DNA from: Hemiscyllium ocellatum | Lineage: Eukaryota | NCBI RefSeq assembly: GCF_020745735.1 | Contig: NW_026867442.1 | Location: 49,040-113,039, forward strand | Length of the DNA: 64,000 nt | Direction: 5' to 3' | In this document: in pieces, positions 60,200-64,000 of the stretch | Layout: every line of letters begins with the position of its first letter | Numbering within the stretch: the stretch's first letter is position 1 | Notes under the pieces: generated by a model | The model's input: only the letters and a program-made list of their open reading frames with translations | Told to the model about the DNA's origin: nothing | Database searches by the model: none | Made by a program: the position numbers and the translations under genes

Positions 60200-63100
60200 G
60201 GGTTATAGAGTCAGTTATACAGCAGACCCAACTCACCCGCACAAACCAGATATCTCAATGCGACCTAGCCCACCTTGCCAGCATTTGGTCCATATCCTTC
60301 TCAACCCTTCCTATTCATGTACCCATCCCGATGCTTTCAAAAAGTTAAAATTGAACCCCTCTCCACCACTCTGGCAGCTCATTCCATGTATGCAGCACCC
60401 TCTGCCTGAAAACGTTACCTCTCAGGCCCTTTTTAAATCTTCACTTCTCACCTTAAACCTTGGCCCTCTAGTTTATGACTCCCCTGCCCTGGGAAAAAAA
60501 TCTTGGCGATTCACCCTATCCATGCCCCTCATGATTTTACAAACTTCTGCAAAAACCCTTTAGCCTCCAATGCAATGGGGAAAAATACTTCAGCCTATTC
60601 AGCCTCTCCCTGTAACTCAGTCCCAGCAACATCCTTGTAAATATTTTCTGCACTCTCTCAAGTTTAACATCCTTCCTATAGAAAAGCGATCAGAACTGTA
60701 TGCAGTATTCCAGGCGAGGCCTCATCAATGTCCTGTACAGCTGCAACGCAATGCCTCAACCACTACAGTCAATGTTCTGGCCATTGAAGGCAAGCATGCC
60801 AAATGCCTTCTTCACCACTCTTTCTACCGGCAACTCCTCTTTCAAGAAACTGTGCACCTGCATCCCAAGGTCTCTTTGCTCAGCAACAGGGCCCGACCAT
60901 TAACTGTATAAACTAGTAACCAGAGAGAGAACTTTGAAAACAAGATTTGATGGCGAAGTTTAAAAATGAAGACCATAAGACATAGGAGTGGAAGTAAGGC
61001 CATTCGACCCATTGAGCCCACTCCACCATTCAATCATGGCTGATGGGCATTTCAACTCCACTTACCCGCACTCTCCTCGTAGCCCTTAATACCTTGCAAG
61101 ATCAAGAATTTATCAATCTGCCTTGAAAACATTTAACATCCCGGCCTCCGCGGCAATGAATTCCACAGGCCAACAACTCTCTGGCTGACGAAATGTCTCC
61201 TCATTTTCGTTCTAAATTGACCCCCTCTAATTCTAAGGATGTGCCCATGAGTCCTAGTCTCCCTGCCTAACGGAAACAACTTCCCAGCGTCCACCCTTTC
61301 TAAGCCATGCAGTATCTTGTAAGTTTCTTGTAGATCTCCCTTCAACCTTCTAAACTCTCATGAATACAATCCCAGGATCCTCAGATATTCATCATATGTT
61401 CAGCCTACTTTTTCCAGGGATCATCCGCGTGAATCTCTGCTGGACACGCTCCAGTGCCAGTATGTCCTTCCTGAGGTGTGGGGCCCAAAATAGGTCACAG
61501 TGTTTGAAGTGAGGCTTATCTCGAGCTTTATAAAGTCTCAGTAGCACATCACTGCTTTAATATTCCAACCCTCGAGATAAATGACAACATTACATTTGCT
61601 TTCTGCACCACGGCCTCAACTTGCAAGTCAATCTTTAGAGAATCCTGGACTAGCACTCCCAGATCCCTTTGTACTTTAGCTTTAGGAATTTTCTCACCGT
61701 TTAGAAAATAGTCCATGCCTGTATTCTTTTTTCCAAAGTGCAAGGCCTCACATTTGCTCACGTTGAATTTCATCAGCCATTTCCTGGACCACTCTCCTAA
61801 ACTGTCTCAATCTTTCTGCAGTCTCCCCACCTCCTCAGAACATCCTGCCTGTCCACCTAACTTCTTATCATTGGTGAACTTCGCCAGAAAGCCCCCAGTT
61901 CCTTCATCCAGATCAATAATATATAAAGTGAACGGCTGCGGTCCCAACACTGAATCCGGTGGGATTCCACTTGTCACCAGATGCCATTCTGAAAAAGAAT
62001 TTTTTACCCCAATTCTCTGCCTTCTTTCAGACAGCTAAACCTCAATCCATGCCAGTGGCTCACCTCAAACATCATGTGCCCTCACCTTACTCAGGAGCCT
62101 CCCATGAGGCACTTTACCAAAGACCTTTTGGAAATCTAGATAGATCACATCCACTGGATTTCCCTGGTCTAACCTACTTGTTACCTCTTCAATGAATGCC
62201 AACAAGTTTTTCAGGCATGACCTTGCCTTACTAAATCCATGCTGGCTTGTTTTCATCAGACCCTGCACTTCCAAGAACATACAAACCTAATCCTTAACGA
62301 TGGATTCTACAATTTTCCTACAACCGAGGTTAGGCAAAGCAACCTATAATTTTCCATCTTTTGTCTTGATCCTTTCTTGAACAAGGGAGTTACAAAAGTG
62401 ATTTTCCAATCATCTGGGACGTTCTCTGACTCCAGTGTCAACCAACGCCTCTGCTATTTCCTCAAACACGTCTCTCAGAACATCTGGAATGGAGCCCAAC
62501 TGGGCCAGGGGATTTATCAATTTTTACATCTTTTAGCTTTTCTTGCGCTCTCTCTTTTGGAATGGATACCATACTCAACTCTGTCCCGAACTCTCCTTCA
62601 CTGTTGGGATATTACTCATGCCTTCCACTTTGAAGAGCGATTCAGCTATTGCCTTATCTCCCATCACAAGCCTTCCTGTGTCAATTTGGAATGGCCCAAT
62701 TTCTATTTTTGCTTCTCGTTTGTTTCTTATGTATTGAAAGAAATTTTTACTATCATTTCTAATATTACTGGCGAGTTTATTTGATCCTCTCCTTCTTTAT
62801 TTCTCTTTGTTTGTTTTCACAGTCTTCCCAATCTTCTGATTTCCCAGTGCTCTTGGTCAGTTTATAGGCTTGCTCTCTCTTTGATACATTTCCTGACTTC
62901 CTTTGTCGGCCGTGGCTGTCTAATGCCCCCGCCACCCCCCTCCCCCACCCCCGTATAATCTTTTATTTGGGCTGAACATTTGTCCTGCATCCTCAATTAC
63001 ACCCAGAAACTCCTGCCTACTGTCTTCCCCACTCGGCTCTGCTTCCAGTCGATTTTCATCAGTTCCTCTCTCATGCCCCTGTAATTACCTTCATTTTACT

Positions 63101-64000
63101 TTGACACCATTACAACCAATTTTTCCTTCTCCCTTTCAAACTGCAGACTGAACGCGACTATATTATGATCGCTGCCTCCTAAGTGCTCCCTTATTTTAAG
63201 ATCTTTTACAACGTCTAGCTAATTACATCGCACTAAGTGCAAAACAGCCTGCTCTCTTGTAGGCTCCATCACAAGCCGTTCCAAAAATACATCCTGTAAG
63301 CATTCCATGAACTCCCTTTCTTTGGATCCACTGGCAACATTATTCACCCAGTCCTTTGCATATTGAAGTTCCCCATGATCATCGTGACCTTGCCTTTCTG
63401 ATATGCCCTATCTATTTCCTGGTACATCTGTGCCCCTAGTCCTGAACACTGCTGGGAAGTCTGTACATAACGCCCATTATGGTTTTTTTGCCTTTATGGT
63501 TCCTCAACTCCACCCACACAGAATCCAAGTCATCTGACCCTATGTCATTCTGAACTAAAAAGGCAACTCTGTCCACTCTAAGTTGTAAATACTTGGATGT
63601 TTAACTGCCAGTCCAGAACCCCCATGCAACCATCTCTCTGTGATGCCTACCACATCATAATCATTCACCATGATTTGTGCTGTTAATTCATCTATTTTCT
63701 TACGAATACAATGAGCATTCAAGTAAAGTGCCTTAATGCTAGTTTTCTTATCCTCATGATTTCCAACATCTCTACTAATATGTTCTAAGTTATTGTTCTT
63801 TTTTACTTAATTCTAGTCTGCTTGAACTTAAACCCTGCACACATGCTAACCCGCTGCTTATCTTTCTATTTGGCTCCATACTCCCTGTTGCTTTCCCTTT
63901 CCCCAGACTCATAAATTTAAAGTCCGAGTGACCACCCAATTTATCCTTTTCACCAGAACACTGGTTCCAGATCGGTTCAGGTGGAGACTGTCTCATCGGT
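60200..64000 (-). mobile_element. CR1 3' fragment (60200-60900) and a long decayed CR1 ORF2 (60975-64000)
   Basis: QHGFSKARSCLKNLLAFIEEVT..IYLDFQKVFGKVPH (62065-62280); KFNVSKCEALHFG (61549-61773). Confidence 0.88.

Overview
Eukaryotic, repeat-dense DNA from a cartilaginous fish; the shark-type SINEs and LINEs and the Ig cluster architecture point to a shark. There are no prokaryotic features and no rRNA, tRNA or CRISPR. The core content is two kappa-type (type III, nurse-shark NS4-like) immunoglobulin light-chain miniclusters arranged head-to-head as one large inverted duplication. Cluster 1 (minus strand) has leader 11227-11275, V 10742-11040 with a perfect 12-RSS, and J 10204-10238 with a perfect 23-RSS; its C exon is predicted about 0.3 kb left of the window. 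Cluster 2 (plus strand) has leader 42291-42339, V 42526-42821 with a damaged heptamer (TACAGTG), J 43335-43369 with a GC splice donor, and C 51897-52225. An inverted orphan copy of the C 3' UTR (57925-58374) looks like the relic of a third, tail-to-tail cluster cut by a Penelope element. Most of the rest is decayed CR1-type LINEs, SINEs and Penelope-like elements, many of them short fold-back insertions carrying minimal hammerhead-ribozyme cores. Best leads: (1) differences between paralogues pile up at the RSS-proximal coding ends, a possible footprint of germline RAG editing; (2) a conserved PU.1-IRF/E-box/RUNX island about 5.5 kb upstream of each V, a candidate enhancer; (3) RSS geometry that allows a 32.6-kb inter-cluster V1-J2 inversion. 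Alignments and identities were done by eye, and repeat boundaries are approximate.
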